DNA of 64,000 nucleotides from Mobula hypostoma (taxonomy: Eukaryota): NCBI RefSeq assembly GCF_963921235.1, contig NC_086101.1, positions 4,218,001 through 4,282,000 on the forward strand, in the 5' to 3' direction. The translations under genes were made by a program, and so were the position numbers. Below the pieces are notes generated by a model that made no database searches, was not told the origin of the DNA, and worked only from the letters and a program-made list of their open reading frames with translations. Numbering within the stretch: position 1 is the first letter of the stretch; each line of letters opens with the position of its first letter. This document shows, piece by piece, positions 38,466-49,925 of the stretch.

Positions 38466-41013
38466 CAAAGAGTGGGAATAAACGGGACCTTTTCAGAATG
38501 GCAGGCGGTGACCAGTGGGGTACCGCAAGGCTCAGTGCTGGGACCCCAGTGGTTTACAATATATATTAATGACTTAAAACATAGAAACATAGAAAATAGG
38601 TGCAGGAGTAGGCCATTCGGCCCTTCGAGCCTGCACCGCCATTTATTATGATCATGGCTGATCATCCAACTCAGAACCCTGCCCCAGCCTTCCCTCCATA
38701 CCCCCTGACCCCTGTAGCCACAAGGGCCATATCTAACTCCCTCTTAAACATAGCCAATGAACTGGCCTCAACAGTTTGCTGTGGCAGAGAATTCCACAGA
38801 TTCACCACTCTCTGTGTGAAGAAGTTTTTCCTAATCTCGGTCCTAAAAGGCTTCCCCTCTATCCTCAAACTGTGACCCCTCGTTCTGGACCTCCCCAACA
38901 TCGGGAACAATCTTCCCGCATCTAGCTTGTCCAATCCCTTTAGGATCTTATACGTTTCAATCAGATCCCCCCTCAATCTTCTAAATTCCAACGAGTACAA
39001 GCCCAGTTCATCCAGTCTTTCTTCATATGAAAGACCTGCCATCCCAGGAATCAATCTGGTGAACCTTCTTTGTACTCCCTCTATGGCAAAGATGTCTTTC
39101 CTCAGATTAGGGGACCAAAACTGCACACAATACTCCAGGTGTGGTCTCACCAAGGCCTTGTACAACTGCAGTAGTACCTCCCTGCTCCTGTACTCGAATC
39201 CTCTCGCTATAAATGCCAGCATACCATTCGCCTTTTTCACCGCCTGCTGTACCTGCATGCCCACTTTCAATGACTGGTGTATAATGACACCCAGGTCTCG
39301 TTGCACCTCCCCTTTTCCTAACCGGCCACCATTCAGATAATAATCTGTTTTCCTATTTTTGCCACCAAAGTGGATAACTTCACATTTATCCACATTAAAT
39401 TGCATCTGCCATGAATTTGCCCACTCACCCAACCTATCCAAGTCACCCTGCATCCTCTTAGCATCCTCCTCACTGCTAACACTGCCACCCAGCTTCGTGT
39501 CATCCGCAAACTTGGAGATGCTGCATTTAATTCCCTCATCCAAGTCATTAATATATATTGTAAACAACTGGGGTCCCAGCACTGAGCCTTGCGGTACCCC
39601 ACTAGTCACCGCCTGCCATTCTGAAAAGGTCCCGTTTATTCCCACTCTTTGCTTCCTGTCTGCTAACCAATTCTCCACCCACACCAATACCTTACCCCCA
39701 ATACCGTGTGCTTTAAGTTTGCACACTAATCTCCTGTGTGGGACCTTGTCAAAAGCCTTTTGAAAATCCAAATATACCACATCCACTGGTTCTCCCCTAT
39801 CCACTCTACTAGTTACATCCTCAAAAAATTCTATGAGATTCGTCAGACATGATTTTCCTTTCACAAATCCATGCTGACTTTGTCCGATCATTTCACCGCT
39901 TTCCAAATGTGCTGTTATCACATCCTTGATAACTGACTCCAGCAGTTTCCCCACCACCGACGTTAGGCTAACCGGCCTATAATTCCCCGGTTTCTCTCTC
40001 CCTCCTTTTTTAAAAAGTGGGGTTACATTAGCCACCCTCCAATCCTTGGATGAGGGAATTAAATGCAGCATCTCCAAGTTTGCGGATGACACGAAGCTGG
40101 GTGGCAGTGTTAGCTGTGAGGAGGATGCTGAGAGGATGCAGAGTGACCTGGATAGGTTGGGTGAGTGGGCAAATTCATGGCAGATGCAATTTAATGTGGA
40201 TAAATGTGAAGTTATCCACTTTGGTGGCAAAAATAGGAAAACAGATTATTATCTGAATGGTGGCCGATTAGGAAAAGGGGAGGTGCAACGAGACCTGGGT
40301 GTCATTATACACCAGTCATTGAAAGTGGGCATGCAGGTACAGCAGGCGGTGAAAAAGGCAAATGGTATGCTGGCATTTATAGCGAGAGGATTCGAGTACA
40401 GGAGCAGGGAGGTACTACTGCAGTTGTACAAGGCCTTGGTGAGACCACACCTGGAGTATTGTGTGCAGTTTTGGTCCCCTAAACTGAGGAAAGACATCCT
40501 TGCCATAGAGGGAGTACAAAGAAGGTTCACCAGATTGATTCCTGGGATGGCAGGATTTTCATATGAAGAAAGACTGGATGAACTGGGCTTGTACTCGTTG
40601 GAATTTAGAAGATTGAGGGGGGATCTGATTGAAACGTATAAAATCCTAAAGGGATTGGACAGGCTAGATGCAGGAAGATTGTTCCCGATGTTGGGGAAGT
40701 CCAGAACAAGGGGCCACAGTTTGAGGATAAAGGGGAAGCCTTTTAGGACCGAGATTAGGAAAAACTTCTTCACACAGAGAGTGGTGAATCTGTGGAATTC
40801 TCTGCCACAGGAAACAGTTGAGGCCAGTTCATTGGCTATATTTAAGAGGGAGTTAGATATGGCCCTTGTGGCTACAGGGATCAGGGGGTATGGAGGGAAG
40901 GCTGGGGCGGGGTTCTGAGTTGGATGATCAGCCATGATCATAATAAATGGCAGTGCAGGCTCGAAGGGTTGAATGGCCTACTCCTGCACCTATTTTCTAT
41001 GTTTCTATGTTTC
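38466..41013 (+). mobile_element. Young 5'-truncated CR1 (38466-38575, resuming 40045-41013), split by an antisense sister copy
   Basis: ..atatattaatgactt | ggatgagggaatt.. rejoin to give YINDLDEGIKCSISKFADD. Stop-free ORF to 40918; tail tttctatgtttctatgt. Confidence 0.92.
38576..40046 (-). mobile_element. Young 5'-truncated CR1 with uninterrupted RT ORF
   Basis: [69 protein letters not shown], with no stops until 38671; tail aaacatagaaacatag. Confidence 0.95.
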
Positions 41014-43145
41014 TTCAATGAATTCCAACAGATTTGTCAGGCAAGATTTTCCCTTGAGGAAACCGGCCTAATTTATCACATGACTCCAAGTACCCTGAGA
41101 CCTCATCCTTAATAACCGACTCCCACATCTTCCCAACCACTGACTGGCCCATAATTTCCTTTCTTCTGCCTCTCTCCCTTCTTGAAGAGTGGAGTGATAT
41201 TTGTAATGTTCCAGTCTTCCAGAACCATTCCAGAATCTAGTGATTCTTGAAGGGTCATTACTAATGCCTCCACGATCTCTTCAGCCACCTCTTTCATAAC
41301 TCTGAGGTGTACACTGTCTGGTCCAGGTGACTTATCGACCTTCAGACTTCTCAGTTTCCCAAGAACCTTCTCCCTGGTAATGGTAACTTCACACACTTCA
41401 TGCCCTGACACCTGGAATTTCCACAATACTACTAGAGTCTTCCACAGTGAAGAATGATGCAAAATATTTATTCAGTTCATCTGCCATTTCATTGTCTCCC
41501 ATTAACCACTTTTCCAGTGGTCCGACATCCACTCTCGCCTCTATTTTACACTTTATGTATCTGAAGAAACTTTAGTTATCTCTTTAATATTATAGAATAG
41601 CTTACTTTCATATTCCATCTTTACCTTCCTAATGACCTTTTTAGTTACCTTCTGTTTTTAAAAGCTTCTCAATCCTCTAACTTCCCGCTAATTTTTGCTC
41701 TATTATATGCCCTCCCTTTGGCTTTTATGTTGGCTTTGACTTCCCTTGTTGGCCACGGTTGCTCATCTTTCCTTCAGAATACTTCCTCCTCTTTGGGCTG
41801 TATGTATCCTGTGCCTTCCAAATTCCTTCCAGAAATTCCAGCCATTGCTGCTCTGCCGTCAGCCCTGTCAGTGTTCTTTTCCAAGCAAGTCTGGCCAACT
41901 CCTCTCTCATACCTCGGTAATTCCCCTTACTCCACTGTAATACTGATACATCTGACTTTAGTTTCTCCTTTTCCGATTTCAGGGTGAATTCGATCAAATT
42001 GTGATAACGTTCCCCTCAGAGTTCTTTTACCTTCAGCTGTCTAAGCAATTCTGGTTCATTGCACAACACCCAATGCAGAATAGCTGATTCTCCAGTGGGC
42101 TCAACTGTGAGCTGCTCTATAATCCATCTCTTAGGCACTCAAGAAACTCCCCCTCTTGGAATCCAGCACCAACCTGATTGTCCCAATCTATTGTATATTG
42201 AAGTCCCCCACAACCATTGTAACATTGTCCTTTTGGTATGCATTTTCTATCTTCCCTTGTAATTTGTAGGTCATATACCTATTACCACCTGGGGGTCAGT
42301 GTACAACTCTCAACAGGACTTTTTTTACTCTTGCAGTTCCTTAGCTCTATGCACAATGATTCAACACCTCTTCCTAATGATTTAATTTCATTTTTTTTTA
42401 CCAACAGTGCAATGCCGCCCCCCTCCGCTGTCCTGCCTATCCTTTCGATACAATAAGTATCCTCGGACGTTAAGCTCCCAGCTAAAATTTTTCAGCCATA
42501 ATTCAGTGATACATACTTTGATAGTAAATTTTATTTTGTACTTTGAACTCTGCTCGTTGGGAAGTGCTACACTGTAAACATGCAATTCTGTAAATTAACC
42601 TGAGTACATTCCAAATGTTAATCTTCACTACTGTAGATGATCACAGCAAATGAAACTCTGAAACTGTAGTTAAATGTTTATTGTTATCTGAGATCCTCCC
42701 CCCTCATTCTTCTAAACTCCAGCGAGTACAGACCGAGGTCCAACAAACACTCTTCATACATTAACCTTTTCATTCCTGGAATCATTCTTGCGAACCTTCT
42801 CTGGACCTTCTACAGTACCAGCTCATCCTTTCACAGATAAGCGACCCAAAGCTGCTCACAATGCTCCAAGTGTAGTCTGACCAATGCCTTATAAAGCCTT
42901 ACATCACATACTTACTTTTTAAATTCTAGTTATCTCGTAACGAATAATAACATTGGATTTGTCTTCCATACCACCGACCCAACCTGTAAGTGAACCTCAA
43001 ACAAGAGAATATCTGCAGATGCTGGAAATCCAAGCAACACATGCAGTGCTGATGAAGGGTCTCAAGCCAAAAGGTCAACTGTCTGCAAGTTAACCTTTAT
43101 GGGTTAATGAGGACTCCTAAGGCCTTTTGCACCTTGGACTTTTTG

Positions 43146-43650
43146 AGTCAAGTCAAGTCACTTTTTATTGTCATTTCGACCATAACTGCTGGAACAGTAC
43201 ACAGTAAAAACGAGACAATGTTTTTCAGGACCATGGTGCGACATGAAACAATACAAAAACTACACTGAACTACGTAAAAACAATACAAAAACTACACTAG
43301 ACTACAGATCTACCCAGGACTGCATAAAGTGCACAAAACAGTGCAGGCATTACAATAAATAAGAAACAAGATAATATGCACAGTAGCGGGCAGTCGGTTG
43401 GTGTCAGTCCGGGCTCTGGGTATTGAGGAGTCTGATGGCTTGGGGGAAGAAACTGTTACATAGTCTGGTTGTGAGAGCCCGAATGCTTCGGTGCCTTTTG
43501 CCAGATGGCAGGAGGGAGAAGAGTTTGTATGAGAGGTGCGTGGGATCCTTCACAATGCTGTTTGCTTTACGGATGCAGCGTGTGGTGTAAATGTCTGTGA
43601 TGGCGGGAAGAGAGACCCCAATGATCTTCTCAGCTGACCTCACTATCCGC
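43146..43650 (-). mobile_element. Rex1/Babar-like LINE 3' end
   Basis: RIVRSAEKIIGVSLPAITDIYTTRC..LFSLLPSGKR..NSFFPQAIRLLN; (CTTGA)n-type tail. Same family as 61290-61948. Confidence 0.85.
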
Positions 43651-43904
43651 TCTCTTCTCTCCATTCAGAAAATAGTTGAAATGTTTCAGGGCACCTGTGT
43701 TGAGAAGTATGAAATGTCGTGTCAGAGAGAGAGAGAGATTCCCCTGGACTCTCCCTCTACTGGAGGTTTGCTCTGTGAATAAAGACTTTCATATTTCCAA
43801 CCTTCAGCTCCCGTATTTAGTCACAACACATAGCATGCATTTGTGCACATGCCCTGACCTACCCACACTTTAAGCGCATGCATGCATTCCTTTCTGCACA
43901 ATAC

Positions 43905-44365
43905 AAAATCACACACAAAATGCCATATTAACTCAGCAGGTCAGGCAGCATATATGGAGGGGATGTTTCGGGCCGAGACCCTTCACCAGGACTGGAAAGG
44001 AAGTGGGGAAAAGCCAGAATAAGAAGGTGGGGAGGGGAGGGGAGGGAGAGTACAAGCTGGCAGGTGATAGGTGAGACCTCATGAGGGGGAAGGTGGGCGG
44101 GTGGCAGATGGGGGGGTGTGATGATGAAGTAAAAAGCTGGGAGGTGAGAGGTGAAGAGGTGAAGGGGTGGAGAAGAAGGAATCTAATAGGAGAGGAAGAG
44201 TGGATGTGGGAAGAGAAGGGGAGCCAGAGGGAGGTGATGGGCAAGTGAGGAGAAGAGAAGGGATGAGAGGGGAGCTAGAATGGGGAATGGAAAAAGAGAG
44301 AGGGGGGAGGGGCAGAAGTTACCAGAGGTTAGAGAAATTGATGTTGATGCCTTCAAGCTGGAGTA
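43905..44365 (-). mobile_element. Penelope-like 3' remnant with variant hammerhead motif
   Basis: Minus strand LQLEGINI..FSNLW*, a polypyrimidine UTR, and ccagtcCTGGTGAagggtctcggcccGAAAcatc at ~43963-43995. Confidence 0.7.
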
Positions 44366-44419
44366 TCATCGTTTATGTTCACATCGTTCGTGTAAATCAC
44401 CACATAGTGTCCTTACCTC

Positions 44420-45760
44420 AGTAAAAGTATTTGTTAGCTACTGAGGGGGCACCGTGCAGATTCACCAGACTGGTCTCTGCGATGTGGCCAATCTGTCACA
44501 TGAGGAGGGATGGAGTAGATGAGGTTCCTTCTCTAGGATCTAGTAGAAACAGAGGTCATCTCAGTGAAAGACAAAGAACACTTCAAATGCCTTACAAACT
44601 TGAGTGTTTTTGTTGAGGAGGTGATAAAGATGACTCGTGAGGGTCGGGCTGTGGGTGTTGTACACTTTCGAACAGGGGTGGTCCACTGAACTCCTTGCTT
44701 AATGGTATTGGTCCATGCATAAAAAAAGGTTGGGAACCCCTGCTTTAGAAGATCAATCGTAGTAGGATAATCCAGAAGATAAAGGGATGTCCCAATATCG
44801 CAAAATCCATATTCAGTATCAATGGGCCAAATGGCCTAATTCAGCTCCTCTGTCTTATGGTGTTACTGTCTAACATTGACTTGTCCATAGGAAAACAGAG
44901 GGCAGCAGCGGAAGGGTCTGATTCCGACTGGAGGTCTGTGATCAGTGTTCCTTCACAGGGATCAGTGCCAGGGGCCTGCTAGTTCTAATTATCTGACAGC
45001 TCAAAATGTTGGCGGGCTGGACTGCCTATGCTGGTCTGTCTGGTCTGCCTATGCCGGTGGGCTGGTCTGTCTATGCCGGTGGGCTGGTCTGTCTGGTCTG
45101 CCTATGCCGGTGGGCTGGTCTGTCTATGCCGGTGGGCTGGTCTGTCTATGCCAGTGGGCTGGTCTGTCTGGTCTGTCTATGCCGGTGGGCTGGTCTGTCT
45201 ATGCCAGTGGGCTGGTCTGTCTGGTCTGTCTATGCCGGTGGGCTGGTCTGTCTGGTCTGTCTATGCCAGTGGGCTGGTCTGTCTGGTCTGTCTATGCCGG
45301 TGGGCTGGTCTGTCTGGTCTGTCTATGCCGGTGGGCTGGTCCGTCTGGTCTGTCTATGCTGGTGGGCTGGTCTACTTATGTTGGTGGGCTGGTTTGCAGA
45401 CAATACAAAACTTGTCTGAGTTGCGGATGGTGAGGAAGGTTATGAAAAGATTCAGCAAGATATCAACTAAAATAGAACATGGAAATATGATTTGAGAGTG
45501 TACAGGAAAAAATTTACAAGATGGTGCCAGGACTTGAGGACCTGAATTAGGATTTTTTTGCTGAAGGATGAGGGGAGATTTTATAGAGGTATACAAAATT
45601 ATGAAGAGTATCCAATAGGGTAAATGTAAGCAGGCTTTTTCACCCGAGGTTAGGTGAGACTAGAACTAGAGGTCATAGGTTAAGAGTGAAAGGTGAAATA
45701 TTTAATATTTAATATTTAAATGAGGGGAGCTTCTTCACTGAGAGTGTGGTGTGAATGTGC
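44420..45760 (+). mobile_element. Patchwork of old CR1 RT fragments
   Basis: agattcaccagactgg, gtgttccttcacagggatcagtg, FADNTK, gaggggagattttatagaggtatacaaaatt, ctagaggtcatagg. Confidence 0.65.
45020..45392. repeat. Minisatellite, 22/31-bp unit tatgccggtgggctggtctgtc(tggtctgtc)
   Basis: Directly visible tandem array inside a CR1 RT fragment. Confidence 0.95.
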
Positions 45761-46104
45761 ATTTGGGGTCGATTCCAACATTTAAGTGGAATTGCTAGAA
45801 CAGCACAGCACAGAACAGGCCATTCGGCCCAGAAGGTGAGCCAATTTACACTAAATCCTGATGCCAATTCACAGGAAACACTCTCCTCCTGTTTTGCGGC
45901 AGAAGTACACAATTAAAAAGATTATAGATTCCAGTAAGAGGGCATGGGGTGATGGGGGGGGGGGGCGGTCATGAATGATGGATGTATCCTTTTTGAAGCA
46001 TCGATTCTGTCTCTAACTTCAATCAGAATAACTTTTTTGCCCTTAAAAGAACCTTTCCTTGATTGTACCTGCACTTTTTGTACAGTTCTGCATTAGGCCT
46101 CTGC

Positions 46105-49100
46105 TGTGGTTACACAACAATACTATTAATAAAAACGCTGAAGACGGGAGCTAAGTTTCATGGTTCTTTACTGGCAGAATCCGAACTCGGCACACACATA
46201 CAGATCAATACGCACCTAATAGCGCATGCAACGACGTTCTACTAACACATAAAGTAGTCCCTTATTATTCTGTAGGCTATACGGTACACTCCTCCCCTTT
46301 TATTTTAATAGTGTATCAATTGTTTTTTGCTGGGGCACTATGCTAAACAAATATGTTTACCCTTAACATGCAAACACCTACCATTTGTTTACTAAGTAAC
46401 TTAATAATATCAAATTATAACAAGCCTTTTTCTTTACTTTTGGTCTAAGACCCATTTAGAACTCAAGTCTCTGGGGAGGTCTTCTCTGCCTCTCCAGGTA
46501 ACGTCTGTCCTGAAACGTTTGCTTTGGGGCATTAGTCTCTACAGGTACATCAGGTGGGTCCTCAGCACTGATGACAGGCTTATCTGTGGATGAGGCTGAT
46601 GTGCTCACATCAGGAGTGTTTGCTTCTATGTCAGGGGAGTCCGGGCAAGGTGTTGTGGTGTTTTTCACCTGAGCATCCAGGATTTGATCCACATGACGTC
46701 TCCATACGTTCTCTCCCACCTGTACTCTATACATCAGTGGCCCGTCTGTGGCGGAAATTGTACCCGGCTGCCACTTTTCAGTCTGGTAATCACGTGCAAG
46801 AACTCACTGTCCCACACTGAAGCTTTGTGTGGACTTAGCATTCAAGTGTTTGAACTGACTGTTCTCCACATCACACCGTACATCTGGTTTGAGAAGATCC
46901 ATGCAGGACCTCAGGTTCCTGTTCAGAAACATCATCGCTGGAGTCTGATTAGTGGTTGCATGTACAGCATTGCGATAGGCAAGGAGGAAGCTGTCTATCT
47001 TGTGTTGCAGTGGTTGATTTTTGCTGTCCATTGCCTTGATGGCTTTCTTGAATGTCTGTACAAATCTTTCTGCCAAGTCATTTGTGGATGAATGGTAAGG
47101 GGCAGATGTAAAGTGCTTGATTCCTTTGTCCTTCACAAAACTTTGGAATTCTTCAGAGACAAATTGTCATCCACTCTCTGTGCAGATTTGTTCTGGTATG
47201 CCATTCCTGGCGAACTTGGCCCTCAGCACTCTAATGGTCTTTTCCGATGTGGTTGTCTTCATTTTGATGACCTCTGGCCATTTGGAATGTGCATCAACGG
47301 CGATTAAAAAGATAGAGTCCATGAATGGTCCAGCAAAGTCAATGTACACTCGTTGCCATGGTGATGAGGGCCACTCCCACAGATGGAGAAGGGCTTGTGG
47401 TGGTGTGTTCTGGAGCTTTTGACATCCAGAGCAGTTCTTGGTCAAGTCCTCAATCTGTTTATCGATTCCTGGCCACCACACATAGGCACAGACAGGACTT
47501 TTCATCTTCACGATACCCAGGTGCCCCTCGTGCAGTTCCTCCAGCACTCTGGTGCATAGCTTGGGAAGAATCACAACTCGTGAACCACACATTAGAGTTT
47601 CCCAACACACTAACAACTGCTCCTTCCTCGCTGAGAAGGCTGGAAACAGTGTGTTACCCCGCACTGGCCATCCCTTTACCATGATGTCATACACTTTTGA
47701 CAACATAGGGTCATTGCGTGTTTCCCTTTCAATGAGGCTGTTTGTTACTGGTAATTGTTCAACTATTGTTGTGAGAAAAACCTCCGCTGAACCCATTTGT
47801 GTAGTTATCTCGGAAGTCAGCAGTGGTAAATGTGACAAACTGTCTGCGTTGCCATGTTGCTTGGTCCCCCTGTGTTCAATGTCATACCTGTGACCTCCTA
47901 AGAAAAGGGACCATCGCTGCAGCCTTTGTGCTGTCATCACTGGAACGCCTTTTCTCGGATTGAAGATCGACACGAGAGGCTGATGGTCAGTCAACAGGGT
48001 AAACTTTTGGCTAGACAGGTAGTGACTGTATTTCTTGACTCCCCACACGAGGCTCTGTCAATCTGTGCGTAGTTGTGTTCAGCTGAAGTTATTGTTCTTG
48101 AGGCAAAGGCTATTGGTCTTTCTGAGCCACCTGGAAACTTGTGCGATAACACAGCTCCTATCCCATGGGGCGAGGCATCACAACCGAGCTGGATTGTTAA
48201 GGAGGGGTCAAAGTGTGCGAGCACCCCTTCTGAAGTTATGAGTCTTTTAGTTTCTTGAACCGCTTTCGCACAGCTCTCAGTCCACTTCCATTGTGTCCGT
48301 CCGTAATAGTGCATTTAGTGGGTGTAGGACTGTGGATAGGTTATGTGTGGTTTCACAGTGCATGCCACACACTAACCTGTCCCTCAATGCATCCGATAGA
48401 CCAGCTCCAAATTGGCAATGTTCTGATAATTTGCGCAATTCAGCACAACATTCAGAAATGCTTTCATTTTTGCTGATTCCTTTTGTGAAATTTAAATCTT
48501 TCAGCAATGACCAGTGGTTTCGGGTTTAAATGCTGTTGGAGAGTGTCTACTGTCTGCTTGAACGTTTTGTCAGCTGGCTTTTCAAGGGTTAACAAGCTCC
48601 ATAGCAGCCCGTATGTTTTTGCTCCCATAATACTGAGGGTACGTCCACACTACGCCGGATAATTTTGAAAACGCCGGTTTCGAGTAAAAACAACAGGCGT
48701 ACACACTAAGCGTTTTTCAAAATATCTCTGTCCACACTGACACGGATATTTGGGCGAATCTCCTCCTACTGGGCACACGCAGGACACACAGAAAACAAGC
48801 GAAGAGGAAACGGTATACTTAGTGCGCATTTGTCCAGTTACAGAGTAGAAAAACTTAAAAGGAATTGCTCTTGGCTCTCGCGCAGGAGGACTTAAAACTA
48901 AAAAAAAACAAATACTGGAGCGTATGGAGGCAACCGACAGGGAGTTCACGGACAGTATGACCCGGCTGATGACGAACATTGAAAAACTGACTAACTCTGT
49001 TGCATTAATAAAGCACCTTGTTAAGTGTATAAAACATGTCTGCATCAGTGTTATCTTGTATTTGCATACAATGTTACATTAGGCCTTTACACATCTATTG

Positions 49101-49925
49101 TCAGAGAAGTACTTGCATAAACAGGTAAACCACCTTCATTAAAGCAAGGACAGAAAACAGGGCAAAGTGAGAATACTTACTTATTCAGTAAGCTATGGGT
49201 CAAAGTATTTGGTGAGTACATTTCTAACCCTTCTGGTTTCAGTCTAGTCCGTCTGTTCTGAAATTGTTAGGTTCTGCGAAGCGTAGAATCAAATATCGCT
49301 GTGATGATTGTATGCTCTAGTATCAATTGTCTGGCGACAATAAGGTAGTAATAATAATAATAAGAAAACTATGAAATGCCGCGCTGCCACCATTTGTTCC
49401 GGCACGTCAAGACAGCGGTTTTTAAAAGCTCCAGTTACCCTGTACACACTGCAACGGATATTAGGCGTTTTCAGATTTATTCACTCTGGAGACTGTTTCT
49501 GAAAATCTCCGTTTTCGGGGGCTGAAAATGCCGTTTCAGTGTGGACAGAAGGTTAAAATGAAGAGAAAAGGCTTCGTTTTCAAAATTATCCGGCGTAGTG
49601 TGGACGTAGCCTGAGTAAGACACTGGTTTTCTTTGCATCATTAACACCGTTAGCCTCACAATATAACTGCACTCTTTCAATGTAAGTTGCCCAGTCTTCA
49701 ATGACACTATCAAATGCTGTAATGGTTCCGATCATCGCCATCTTTGTTATGTTAATTTAGCCCCGTTCTCCCCTTGTTTTTTTTTGACTCACGTGTCCTT
49801 TTTGCTAGCGCAATAAGCAAACTCCGTCAATATGCGTCTAGATTCTCTCTCTTCTCCTCCGAGTGTCGTTATCAACGAAAACACGATGTTCCGATAAGAT
49901 GTAGGTTCGTAATTCTCGTTGCTCT
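46105..49925 (-). mobile_element. Internally deleted Gypsy LTR retrotransposon (gag, RNase H, integrase, PPT, 3' LTR); 5' LTR not seen
   Basis: gag ATG at 49741 (MAMIGTITAFDS..DWATYIERV..LLSIMGAKTYGLL..HLNPKP..LRDRLVCG). RNase H CDASPHGIGAVLSH..ERPIAFASR..LLTDHQPL. Integrase HEGHLG..WWPG..CSGC..IDFAGP..SAPYHSSTNDLAERFVQTFK. PPT aaaggggaggag at 46300-46289, followed by LTR start TGT at 46288. Confidence 0.9.
48637..49611. mobile_element. Non-autonomous PIF/Harbinger-type DNA transposon inserted in Gypsy gag
   Basis: ~37-bp TIRs gg(g/c)tacgtccacactacgccggataattttgaaaacg. 3-bp TSD TGA at 48634-48636 and 49612-49614. Removing it restores the gag frame (..KTSVLL-S-IMGAKTY..). Confidence 0.88.

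Larger units (their letters stand above)
35683..42520 (-). mobile_element. Old CR1 LINE hosting nested L1 (36503-38074) and young CR1 pair (38466-41013)
   Basis: Tail agaccataagataagg at 35684. RT pieces [44 protein letters not shown]; endonuclease region to ~42520. The sequence rejoins across each insertion. Confidence 0.85.

Noticed and set aside
40046..40230. Apparent novel N-terminal extension (MPPKWITSHLST..) of the 519-aa RT ORF
   Set aside because: It is the antisense reading of the neighbouring CR1 copy; CR1 RT antisense frames are often open.
44945..45495. CRISPR-like array or repeat protein
   Set aside because: Head-to-tail units with no unique spacers, no cas genes, and a eukaryotic context.
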